From Thermodesulfobacteriota bacterium (GTDB taxonomy: Bacteria > Desulfobacterota > Desulfobacteria > Desulfobacterales > SURF-7), in contig JBMORA010000014.1 of assembly GCA_049320885.1 (NCBI GenBank), positions 85,612 to 149,611 on the forward strand: DNA of 64,000 bases, in the 5' to 3' direction. The notes beneath the pieces were generated by a model that saw only the letters and a program-made list of their open reading frames with translations, was not told the origin of the DNA and did not search any database. This document shows positions 51,875 through 61,779 of this stretch, piece after piece (positions within the stretch are counted from its first letter, which is position 1; each line of letters opens with the position of its first letter). The position numbers and the translations under genes were made by a program.

Positions 51875-53173
51875 TTACAGGCCGACCGTCATCAAATCCG
51901 GCCCGAGGTAAGCCCTTTCGTTTTCACCCAGGATCCCCATGGCAAGACAGATGATGGTCCACAGGTGAACCGTATGGTATTTACCGTTAAAGTGCTCGTT
52001 CAGATCATGAATCTGGGAGTGACAATTGTGGCAGGGCGCGATGCAATACTCCGCCCCGGTGGCCTCGATCTGGTCGAACTTGATTTTGCCGAAGGTTCGG
52101 CGGGACTCCGCATATCCTGCCTGCAAGGCCCCGCCGCCACCGCCACAGCAGTAGTTGTTGGAGCGGTTGGGGGTCATGTCCACGAAGTTTTCCTCGCCCA
52201 CCGTTTTCTTGATGACGAAGCGCAGATCCTCGGCATAGGCGTCGCCGTATGTCTTGCGCACCTGATTGCAGGGATCCTGGGCCGTGAATTTGACCTTCAG
52301 GTTCCGATTCCAGTCGGAGTCGACCCTCAGGCGGCCTTCGCGGATCCATTGAGCGTAGAGCTGCACGATGGTGGTGATTTCGAATTTGTGGGGGATGTTG
52401 AATTTTTTCAGTCCGGCCCGGACTGCAAAGAGTTCATGCCCTCACTCCGTGTTGACCCAGTATTTGCACCCCAGGTCGTCCACGGCCTTGGCCTTGATGC
52501 GTACGATACGCTCCCAGTTTTCATCGTCGGCCAGGAACATGCAGTAGTTTTCGGCGGCCCAGCCTTTGGTGGAGTAAGTCCAGTCCGCGCCCACGAAGTG
52601 CATGATCTTCCAGAGGGGCACCATCTCATCGGGCTCGGTGACCGGTTCCCGGGAGTTCTGGTTCAGAAAGAACTCGGCTCCGGCCTTGTTGATGGGCGCC
52701 GTCAGGTTTTCCCAGCCGGGCTGGCTGGAGCGGACCTCCTCGAGGACATCTTCCACCACCATGCGGAAATCGTCTTGCTTGGCGCCCATGGCGCTGCAAC
52801 CCTCGTCGAGGAGCGCCATATCGCAGGAGGAGCGGATTCCCTTGGGGCGGGTATCCCTGGGCCAGCTCTTGCGGGCGTGATAAACGAGCTGGGGGATGTC
52901 GATTTTCATCGGGCAGACATAAATGCAGCGCCAGCAGAGGGTGCAGTTCCAGACCCACTCGCTTTTCAAAATTTGTTCATCCAGGCCCATGACGGCCATG
53001 CGCAGGAACCTGCGGGGATCCATGTCCGCCAGGCCGGTGGCCGGGCAGCCGGAGGCGCAGGCGCCGCAGGTCAGGCAGGCGTTGAGATTCCCGCCGTCGG
53101 GCAGGAGCTGCATGACCTTATCCTTGAAGATGCTTTTGTTTTCTTTTCCGATTTTGACGGGTTGGACGGTCAT
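51875..53173 (-). CDS. HdrD/DsrK-like Fe-S/CCG-domain protein; Sec at UGA 52442-52444 (432 aa)
   Basis: Two CxxCxxCxxxCP motifs; NTE-U-GHE (ECGH equivalent) joins two ORFs in frame; CCGGGG, PCHNC. Confidence 0.88.
52409..52425 (-). promoter_or_regulatory. SECIS hairpin of the HdrD-like gene
   Basis: CAGTCC-GGGCC-GGACTG after a 16-nt spacer from the UGA. Confidence 0.8.
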
Positions 53174-53179
53174 GGTCCC

Positions 53180-53638
53180 TCACCTCCCTTCGGCTTCGGC
53201 ACGCACTTCCGGCGCGGCCGTTTTTCGGCGGCCCATGGGGTTGGGCCCCAGGGCGCGGATCTTTTCGGTGAAACGGGTGACGATTTCGGCGAATCTGGGC
53301 GCTTCGGCGGACGAGACCCATTCGACGGCAAAGCGTTCCGGGTCCACGCCCTGGATTTCAAGCACGATTTTGGCGGCTTCACTGCGGTTCAAGGCTTTGT
53401 GATTACCCTCCAGGTAATGACATTCGCCGAGATGTCAGCCCATAATGATGACGCCGTCGGCCCCGCGGTTGAAGGCCTCCAGCACGATATCGGGGTGGAC
53501 CATGCCGGAGCACATGACCCGCACGGCGCGCATGTTGGACGGGTATTGCAGCCTGCCGACACCCGCCAGATCCCCACCGGCATAGGCGCACCAGTTGCAG
53601 AGAAATCCCAGGATGACCGGTTCGAATTTTTCAGCCAT
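53180..53638 (-). CDS. mvhD: MvhD [2Fe-2S] subunit; Sec at UGA 53435-53437 (152 aa)
   Basis: FLCNWCAY, VMCSG, G-U-HLGECHY, EWVSSAE. Confidence 0.92.
53402..53418 (-). promoter_or_regulatory. SECIS hairpin of mvhD
   Basis: ATTACC-TGGAG-GGTAAT after a 16-nt spacer from the UGA. Confidence 0.8.
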
Positions 53639-53676
53639 GATAGCGTTCTCCTTCATTAGTGAATTATGCCCGTAAT

Positions 53677-56600
53677 TCAGGCGGCATCTTCCAGGGCCGC
53701 AATGACCTGGGCCCGCAATTGATCCATCGTGAACCCGTGGACATAAACCCCGCCCTTGGGGCAGGTGGCCGAGCATAGACCGCAGCCCTTGCACAGGGCT
53801 TTTTCAGTGGCGATCCGCGCGCGGGTCCGGCCGTCATCGGTCTGGTATTCCGTCAGGGCGATGGCATTGTACGGGCAGACATCCAGGCACAGGGCGCATC
53901 CGTCGCATTTGTCGGTGACAAAGGATTTGATGGCGTCCAGGGTCATTTCCGTCTGGCACAGAACCACCGCCGCCCTGGCTGCCGCCGCCTTGGCCTGGGC
54001 GATGGTTTCATTCATCGGTTTCGGGTAGTTGCAAAGACCCGCGACAAAGAGTCCGTCCACGGACATATCCACCGGACGCAGTTTCGGGTGGGCCTCGTTG
54101 AGAAAACCGTCTGCATTGGCGGCGCACTTATAGAGCTCCACCAGCTCGTGGGTCTCGTTCGCCTCCATGGCCGCGGCCAGCACCACGCGGTCGGCCGCGA
54201 TGCTCATCGGCATGCGCAGGATGGGATCATAAATGTCCACGGCAAGTTCATCGCCGTCCCGGCGGACCACCGGTTTCCCTTCGGTTTCGTAGCGGATAAA
54301 GATCACGCCCAGATCCCTGGCCTGGCGATAGAGATCCTCGCGCTCACCGTAGGTGCGGATGTCGCGGAAAAGGACGTAGATGTTCATCTGCGGATTCAAG
54401 CCCTTGAGCTGAATGGCGGATTTGATGGAGTGGGTGCAGCAGATACGGCTGCAGTAGGGCCGGCGTTCGTCCCGGGAGCCGACGCACTGGATGAACACCA
54501 GACTGGGGATTTTCTTGATTGCCGCGGGATTGTCGCGCAGCAAGGCGTCCAGTTCCAAATGGGTTATGACGCGTTCATCCTGGCCGAAGAGGTATTCCTC
54601 CGGGCGGGATTCCCGGCCGCCCACCGCCAGCACGGCAACGCCGTAGGAAATTTCGCTTTGCCCGCCGTTTACCCGGATGTCGCTGGTGAAATTTCCCACG
54701 GACCCCTTGGCGGAAGCGAGGGCGGCGTTTGTGAACACCTGGATGCCGGGATGGGTTTCCACCTTACGGATGAGGTCTTCCAGGAAGGGGCGGACGGCCA
54801 GCCCCTGGTCGGTGGTGTTTATTTTCCAGGCGTTGCCGCCGAGCCGGTCGGACTTTTCCAGCAGAACGGCTGGAAAATTCTGCTCGGCCAGGCTCAGGGC
54901 CGCCTGCATGCCGGCCACTCCGCCGCCGATGACCAGGGCCTTGGGGACGACGCTGATCCTGGTTCTCTCGATGGGCAGGCTCAGGGCGGCCTTGGCCGCC
55001 GCGATCCGCACCTGATCCTTGGCCTTGGCCGTGGCCATTTCCGGCTCCCGTTGGTGGACCCAGGCGTTTTGATTGCGGATATTGGCCATTTCCACCAGAT
55101 ACGGGTTCAGGCCCGTCTCCTGGAGGGTTTCCTGGAACAGGGACTCATGGGTGCGCGGCGTGCAGGCGGCGATGACGATCCGGTTCAGGGAGTTTTCCTG
55201 AATCTTTTTGGCCATCATTTCCTGGGTGTCGGCCGAGCAGCTGAAAAGGTTGTTTTCCACAAGCACCACATGGGGCAGGCTTCGGGCGTATTCGGCAACT
55301 TCATCCACGTTGATGATTCCCGCGATGTTGATGCCGCAGGAGCAGATGAACACGCCGATGCGGACTTCCTCGCCGGCGATGTCCCGCTCGGCGGGATAGG
55401 TTTTGCGGCTGGTCAGATCCCCCCGCGAGCGAATCAGGGCCGTGGCCGCCTCCAGGGCGGCGGTGGAGGCTTCGGTCACCGCCCGCGGAATCGCCTTGGG
55501 GGTCTGGAAGGCGCCGGCCACATAGATCCCCTGCCGGTTGGTGCAGGCCGGGGAGAAATCCGAGGTTTTGGCGAAACGATACTGGTTCAGATCCAGGCGG
55601 AACAAATCCGCCAGTTGCTTGCCGTCTGCCGTGGCCTCCAGCCCCACGGACAGCACCACCATGTCGAATTCGTCGATCCGGATGCTCCCGTCCTCGTCGG
55701 CATAGCGCATGGTTACGCCGCAGTTGTCCGCTCCCGCCTCGATGGAGTGGGGCCGGGCCCTGACAAAGCGGACTCCCTTGGCTTTGGCGCTTTCGTAAAA
55801 GCGATCGAAATCCTTGCCGTGACTGCGGATATCCATGTAGAAAATGCTTTGCCGCAGTCCGTCGCCTTGGACATGTTCGGCGGTGACCAGGGCCTCCTTG
55901 ATGGCGTACATGCAGCAGACGCTGGAGCAGTAACCGTTGTCGCAGCGGTTGGTGTTGCGTGAACCCACGCACTGGATCCAGGCGATGCTGCGGGGTTCCT
56001 TGTGATCGGAGGGCCGCACCAGGTGGCCCATGCAGGGGCCGCCGGAGGACAGCAGGCGCTCATATTCCATGCTGGTGACCACGTCCGGAATTTTGCCGTA
56101 CCCGTAAAAGTCGAATCCGGACGGATCGAAAGGTTTGAAGCCCGGCGACAGGATGACGGCGCCGACATTCAGATCGGTGATTTCCTCCCGGTCCTCAAAA
56201 TTGATGGCGGAAGTGGGGCAGAATTTCTCGCAGGCCTTGCATTTTCCCCGGGTGAGATAGATGCAGGTTTCACCATCGATGGCGTATTTCAAGGGCACGG
56301 CCTGGCCGTAGCGGATGTAGGCGGCGGTGCGCTGGTTCAACCCCATGTTGAATTCGTCTTTCACCTTGCGGGGGCATTTCTGGGCGCACAGCCCGCAGGC
56401 GATGCATTTTTCCATGTCGATATAGCGGGGATTTTTTTTGACCTTGACGACGAAGTTTCCGATTTCTCCCGATACAGCCACTACTTCCGACAGCGTCAGG
56501 AGGTTCACATTGGAATGCCGGCCGACCTCGACCAGTTTGGGGGAGATGATTCACATGGCGCAGTCGTTGGTCGGGAAGGTTTTGTCCAGCTGGGCCATGG

Positions 56601-57000
56601 CACCGCCGATGCCGGCGGTTTTTTCCACCAGGTGAACGAAATAGCCGGAGTTGGCCAGATCCAGCGTCGCCTGAATACCGGCGATGCCGCCACCCACTAC
56701 CAATACCGATCCGATGGGCTTTGCTGACATAGGCACCTCTTTGGGATTGTGGTGAAGAGTTGGGGCGATTGCGGAATCACCCATGGCAGGGGATGCTTCA
56801 CTGTCGGTGATCTCCCGCAGGATATTCTCGGAAATGCCGTGTTCCCGGCAAAAGTCCAGGAACAGGTGTTGATCGATCAGGTATTTCTTGCCCACCGTGG
56901 CGGAGGCCTTCAGTTTTCCGGACTGGATCCAGTTCGTCACGGTATTGCGATGCACGCCCAGTTTTCGGGCGAGTCTGCCGACACGGAATGCCATCTGCAT
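53677..57000 (-). CDS. hdrA: Large heterodisulfide reductase subunit A with N-terminal HTH; Sec at UGA 56551-56553; alternative start 56730
   Basis: [27 protein letters not shown], two IQCVGSR repeats, [10 protein letters not shown]-terminal ferredoxin; in-frame HTH at 57000-56731. Confidence 0.9.
56518..56535 (-). promoter_or_regulatory. SECIS hairpin of hdrA
   Basis: CTGGTCG-AGGT-CGGCCGG (with G-U pairs), loop at +23. Confidence 0.72.
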
Positions 57001-57023
57001 AGACAACTCCTTCCGCTCGTTGT

Positions 57024-57509
57024 TCAGCCGATCTCCCGCATGATCCGCGCGCACATGCGCGGCACGGCCGATTGGACCGGCTCTGAAAGTCCGACCGTGA
57101 CCTCGTCGGGCAGGTTTGGGGCCTGGACCACCAATACTTTCACCTCCACCGGACATTCTTCCTTCAGTTCCTTGAGCATGTTCGTGGTGGGAAACTGGTG
57201 CGGGGAGAAGTCGCCGATTTTTTCCGGCTGGATTTCCCCGATGTCGATTTCCCGGATATCGCCGGCGTTGTAGCCCGCGGCGGTGGCGGCGTCGATAATG
57301 ATGATTTTCCGCGGTTTCCGGGGTGACAGCAGAATGTCGAAGAGGAGATCCCGGATGGAAGTGCCGCAGTCGATGGCCGTAACGGAGTCCGGCAGTTGGT
57401 GGTGTTCTTCCAGATGCTGAATCACCGCCGGTCCAAAGCCGTCATCCCCGATCAGGGGATTGCCGCAACCCAGAACCAGACAATCATAGTCGTAAATCGG
57501 CTTCAGCAT
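57024..57509 (-). CDS. Hydrogenase maturation endopeptidase (HycI/FrhD type)
   Basis: [23 protein letters not shown]. Confidence 0.9.
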   Translation of the reverse strand: MLKPIYDYDCLVLGCGNPLIGDDGFGPAVIQHLEEHHQLPDSVTAIDCGTSIRDLLFDILLSPRKPRKIIIIDAATAAGYNAGDIREIDIGEIQPEKIGDFSPHQFPTTNMLKELKEECPVEVKVLVVQAPNLPDEVTVGLSEPVQSAVPRMCARIMREIG

Positions 57510-57613
57510 ATTGTGCCATTTATGCCAAGTCAATAAGGCTTGTCAAGAAAAATGTGCAATTTGTGCAAAGGGCTTGCAAGGGTGGGTCGGCGGATGGTTT
57601 TCGGTTTCACGGA

Positions 57614-57650
57614 CGCTGGCCGTTGCGCCTGGCAGGCGCCACGGCCAGCG
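57614..57650. terminator. Strong GC hairpin downstream of the caspase gene
   Basis: CGCTGGCCGT...ACGGCCAGCG arms with inner GCGCCT/AGGCGC. Confidence 0.45.
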
Positions 57651-57704
57651 CCGTTTCAAATCATAAACGGGGACAACCAGCCTTCTTTGGCTTGGTTCCC
57701 ATCG

Positions 57705-58559
57705 TTATGTGAACACTTTTTCCGCTACCGACCGTTTGGTTCCTTCGAGCTGGGGAACCTGGCTGTAGCCCATGCGTCGGATATCCGCACAGACGAGAGC
57801 GTCGAGCTTGCCGCGGGTGACGCCGATGCCGGCCCGCCGCAGGGCCTTGCAGAAGGCGTAGCTGAAGATGCCCCGGTGGACACCGCCGATGGCGGCCTCC
57901 GCTGAGGTTTGATAGTCACGGCAGCCGGCCCACAACACATGGTTTAATCCATCAACGATGACCAGTTCCCGTTCCCCCGGTTGCGGTTTCAGGATCCGCC
58001 GGGACGGAATGGTCGGATCCGAATCCAGGAAAAAGCCGTAATCCGGCGGCGGCTCGATATACCGGCAGGTCACCCGTTGCTCCTCGGGCGCGCCGGAGCG
58101 GGTGTCGAGTTCCCGGGTACCGGTGCCCGAATGGCAGGAATCCAGGATCACATCCAGGTTCACCCCGGCTGCCAGACCGCCGAAGATTTTCCGGAAATCA
58201 TCGTCCCGGATCATGCCGGCGGCGGCGTAATCATGCGGGCAGATGGTTTCATCCTTGGCGTCGATTTCATCGCCGCCGGTATCCGCGACCTGGGAGCCGT
58301 GGCCCGAGTAATGAAAAATCAGGGTGTCGCCTTTTTGGGCGCCCTTGATCAGCCATTTGAGACCTTCCAGGATGGCCGCCCGGGTGGCCCGGCGGTCCGT
58401 GAGGATGCGCATGGTCCCGGGTGTCGCCGGGACGATGCCGAGGGCGTTCAAGGTATGGGCGATATCTTTCACGTCATTGACACAACCTTGCAAATCCGGG
58501 CCGCCGGCGCCCACCGGCGAATAGTCGTTGATGCCCACCAATAGTGCTTTCTTCTTCAT
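57705..58559 (-). CDS. Caspase-family (metacaspase/C14) cysteine peptidase
   Basis: ALLVGINDY, YSGHG, DSCHSG dyad; SD AAGGAG. Confidence 0.92.
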   Translation of the reverse strand: MKKKALLVGINDYSPVGAGGPDLQGCVNDVKDIAHTLNALGIVPATPGTMRILTDRRATRAAILEGLKWLIKGAQKGDTLIFHYSGHGSQVADTGGDEIDAKDETICPHDYAAAGMIRDDDFRKIFGGLAAGVNLDVILDSCHSGTGTRELDTRSGAPEEQRVTCRYIEPPPDYGFFLDSDPTIPSRRILKPQPGERELVIVDGLNHVLWAGCRDYQTSAEAAIGGVHRGIFSYAFCKALRRAGIGVTRGKLDALVCADIRRMGYSQVPQLEGTKRSVAEKVFT

Positions 58560-58889
58560 GCGATTTCTCCTTTCCGATTGCGGGGTTGGTTTTGCTCGAT
58601 TGCCGACAGATGGTTGCCCAACGAGGAAAGAAAAATGCGCGGCGAACCCACGGGTCATCAGCGGGCTCCCGGTATGTTCCGGGGCGACCGTCGACTCCTG
58701 TTTGTTCCATGGCCCGAATCGCTCCAGGCCGGTGGCTGTTCGCCGGGTGGGAAGAAACTCAATGAATGCAATACGCGAAATGCAAATTCGTGGGGTAGGG
58801 TGTCGGTCTCGATTGTAATAAGGACGTAATGAACCCGTATGGCAAGAAACAAAAAAAATCAAGGGAAATTTCGCACGACCATGCCGATC

Positions 58890-59147
58890 TCACTCAACAG
58901 CTTTTATGTCAGATGGCAACTTCATTTTCTGTCTGGCGGCCCCGATCTCGGCCTGGATCTCGTCACAGGTAACGCGGGACTCGCAGGCCGGGCAGAGATA
59001 ACTGGTTCTGCCTGAAGGTGAAAGCCCACAGGCCACACATATTCCCTTATCCATGCATTCCTTTTCATCCCGGCTCCATTTCAGCGGTTTCAGGGATGGC
59101 GCCGGTTCTTTTCTTCCCGATAGTTGAAGTAATTTTACGTAGTTCAT
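58890..59147 (-). CDS. Small hypothetical zinc-finger protein (start uncertain)
   Basis: CVAC...CPAC. Confidence 0.5.
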   Translation of the reverse strand: MNYVKLLQLSGRKEPAPSLKPLKWSRDEKECMDKGICVACGLSPSGRTSYLCPACESRVTCDEIQAEIGAARQKMKLPSDIKAVE

Positions 59148-59688
59148 TATAATCACTTTCCCGCTTTCAGTCACGCCCGAGGCGGCTGAATGAAACATTC
59201 CGGATTCAGCCTTCCCCTTCCCGGCCACAAACCGTGACCTTGTTGATACTGAAATCTATGAAAACGTCTTTTCCGTGTCAAGAATATTGTGAATACAGAC
59301 CATTAAGAAAGTTCTGGGCCAAAATCGCTTCAGCCCGTTTTTTATTAATAAAGGACCATGGGAACTATGTTGATGAAGGTTGGGCCTTACAGCAGATCAT
59401 GAGCTAAAACCACGCCCAGCAAGGGATCGAAGCCGCTCGCGCGGTTTATCCCGGAAACTGCGCTCTGACATTTTTGATTACATCCGATAGTAACTTTTTT
59501 CTTGATATGCCGTTGTCTTTCTTTTATCATTGAAACCAATTAAAATCAAAAATTGCCCTTCTTGCATAAACAATCGATTGCAAAATCGTCAACTGTACCT
59601 CCCTTTATTCAATTATGTACAGAATTATTTTAAGAATAGGTTCCAATTAGCTGCTTTTATACTATCCTTAACTTATGGAGGTTGATAC

Positions 59689-60429
59689 ATGCGTCTCATT
59701 CAATCCATTCTGGTCATTTCTTTTATTGCATTTTTATCGATTACTTCTGCTAATGCAGAAACAATCACGATCGTCACGGGTGAATGGGCACCATTTATAT
59801 CTGAAAATCTTTCGGCTGGCGGCCCTGTAAATGAAATCATTACAGAAGCTTATAAATTAGAGGGCATTGATGTTACTTTCAAATATTATCCCTGGAAAAG
59901 GGCCGAATTCATGATTGAGAGCGGTACGGCACTAGGGAGTTCATGCTGGTCAGATGCACCCGAACGAAGATCTTTTGCAGTCGTATCCGATCCAATGGTA
60001 TCATCAAGAGAGGTATTTATCTTTATGAAAAAAAACTTTCCTGATTTTGATTATACAAATTTAGAGGATTTGAAAAAATACAAATTGATGTCCCTCGCCG
60101 GGTATTCACATGAAAAAAAGTTTCAAGAGGCTGGATTAAATACAGACTCAACAAAGGACGCTGAAACTGCATTAAGAAAACTTGAAAAAGGCCGTGGCGA
60201 TTTAATGTGTGAAAATGAAGCGGTGATGGCTGGATTAATTAGAGAGCTGTTTCCAGGCCGGGAATCGGAATTTGGTATGTCAAAGACCGCTTTCCAGGAC
60301 AAGCCGCTGCATCTGCTGTTTTCAAAAAAATTTCCTGATATGGACAAGTATCGTAATTCATTCAATGCGGGACTTGCAAAAATTAAGCAAAATGGCACTT
60401 ATGATAAAATTGTTGCAAAATTAAAATAA
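59689..60429 (+). CDS. Family 3 periplasmic solute-binding protein
   Basis: Signal peptide; TGEWAPF, YPWKRA, FNAGLAKIKQNG. Confidence 0.88.
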   Translation: MRLIQSILVISFIAFLSITSANAETITIVTGEWAPFISENLSAGGPVNEIITEAYKLEGIDVTFKYYPWKRAEFMIESGTALGSSCWSDAPERRSFAVVSDPMVSSREVFIFMKKNFPDFDYTNLEDLKKYKLMSLAGYSHEKKFQEAGLNTDSTKDAETALRKLEKGRGDLMCENEAVMAGLIRELFPGRESEFGMSKTAFQDKPLHLLFSKKFPDMDKYRNSFNAGLAKIKQNGTYDKIVAKLK

Positions 60430-60715
60430 TCAGCCAGCTTAACTGGCATTGATCGATCTCCATGGCCCCTATGGCCAGCTCCGGTCATTTGAAACGATGT
60501 TTCTCCAATCGCTTCGGCCACAAACAAAAACCGTTCCGATCCTATTACAGAATTTTCACCATATTCCGCCTGCGATTGGAGAATACAAACAATTGAGCGG
60601 AAAACGGGTCCATCTCAAACCGATCTTCCACCAAAATCGGAAGGTCATTGATGGATTTCCGCATATCGGTTTCGCCGATCGCCAGATAGATTTTGGTATG
60701 AAACGGAATAAACAT
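60430..60715 (-). pseudogene. IS66 accessory gene (TnpB/Orf2) remnant
   Basis: TDMRKSIND..LFVF.NRRR..VKIL**DRNGFCLW.KRLE..RFK*P, with three in-frame stops. Confidence 0.85.
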
Positions 60716-60927
60716 CAGAATCGGCTCAGCGCATAAATCAACCGATGGGCATGCTAGTGCCATTGCCTTGAACCCGATTCCTATGTTTGTTGGATTTGTC
60801 CGAAATTTGTTTGCCGCACGATGAAGGTATGCCCTGAAACGATATTGCATTATAACATTTTCAATTAATAAGGATTTTTAGTCGTCATTTTTTCTTAAAA
60901 CTGGAATATAGAATATCCCAATTTTCC

Positions 60928-61701
60928 TTATTCGTAATATTTTCCATCCAGCGCCTCTTGAAAAAATCGATCGACTTGACCACTGGATTTCAGCTTGCCT
61001 AACCCGCGATTAAAGATCGTCACCCATTCCTGGCTTTTCGGATGTGATTTGGGAAAAATAACATATAACGCATCTTTATTGACTGGCTGTGGGTGATAGG
61101 CAATTTGCACCATTTCTTCTGATGAAAATTGGGTACGTAACAGATAGGTGCCTACCTGCAAGGACATCACCACGACATCGACCCGACCAGCAAGCAATTT
61201 TTTCACATTCTGTTCATCAGTCGCGACTCGCTGCACCTGTAACATCCCCCTTTCTTCCGCTTTTTGAAAGGGATCGCCATAAAAATAGCCAATCGTGGCA
61301 CCGATCTGTTTGCCTTGCAAATCCGCGATGGTGTTCCACTCAAAGGGCTTATTCTTTAAATAAAACACCATCTGCTGTTCGATAAACACCGGATCACTGA
61401 ATAAGAAGCTTTGGTTGCGTTCTTCTGTCCAATACCAAGCCACTGACGCATCCCAATCATCATCCTGGGCAGTCACATACGCTCGTTTCCATGGAAAAAA
61501 CCCATACTCAACCGTCACGTCTTCGAGCTTGAACGCTTCGGTTACGATATGGCTCACCAGACCATGATGGGGTGCCCGTTCTGACAGAAACGGCGGCCAT
61601 TCGCCATTCGTAATTTTGATCACCATTCGTTCCGCCCCAACGGACTGGACACTGAACAACACCGTAATCATCACCGCAGTGAATCTGACCATTGTTTTCA
61701 T
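60928..61701 (-). CDS. Family 3 periplasmic solute-binding protein
   Basis: Signal peptide; NGEWPPF, FPWKRA, FNRGLGKLKSSG. Confidence 0.88.
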   Translation of the reverse strand: MKTMVRFTAVMITVLFSVQSVGAERMVIKITNGEWPPFLSERAPHHGLVSHIVTEAFKLEDVTVEYGFFPWKRAYVTAQDDDWDASVAWYWTEERNQSFLFSDPVFIEQQMVFYLKNKPFEWNTIADLQGKQIGATIGYFYGDPFQKAEERGMLQVQRVATDEQNVKKLLAGRVDVVVMSLQVGTYLLRTQFSSEEMVQIAYHPQPVNKDALYVIFPKSHPKSQEWVTIFNRGLGKLKSSGQVDRFFQEALDGKYYE

Positions 61702-61740
61702 CGCTCTTTTCCATGCGTTTGCCTATATATTAATCCGGCA

Positions 61741-61779
61741 AGTAAAGAATCCACCCCCTATGGGGGTGGATTCTTTACT
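61741..61779 (-). terminator. Perfect 18-bp inverted repeat, probable terminator
   Basis: AGTAAAGAATCCACCCCC-TAT-GGGGGTGGATTCTTTACT. Confidence 0.75.

Noticed and set aside
53174..53182. The terminal TGA of mvhD is in frame with the downstream HdrD-like ATG (possible fifth Sec or fusion)
   Set aside because: The TGA is part of a perfect SD (GGAGGTGA), is not at a Cys position, and no +17 stem with a GG loop follows
53660..53679. Hairpin TGAATTA/TAATTCA at the hdrA terminal TGA as a SECIS
   Set aside because: The stem includes the codon itself, the geometry is wrong, and TAA follows after six codons
51965..55962. Long plus-strand ORFs (564 and 624 aa) and similar antisense ORFs elsewhere
   Set aside because: Shadows of high-GC genes on the opposite strand, with no recognisable motifs
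48390..56553. Reading mvhA, mvhD, hdrA and the hdrD-like gene as nonsense pseudogenes
   Set aside because: All four stops are UGA at Cys positions, with SECIS hairpins and intact downstream frames
59405..59465. Hairpin GGGAT..AAGCCGC/GCGGTTT..ATCCC with faint attC resemblance
   Set aside because: Both the AAC and GTT cores are missing
60430..60547. Recoding of the stops in the IS66 accessory gene
   Set aside because: Mixed TAA/TAG/TGA at probable Tyr/Trp positions and no transposase partner indicate decay
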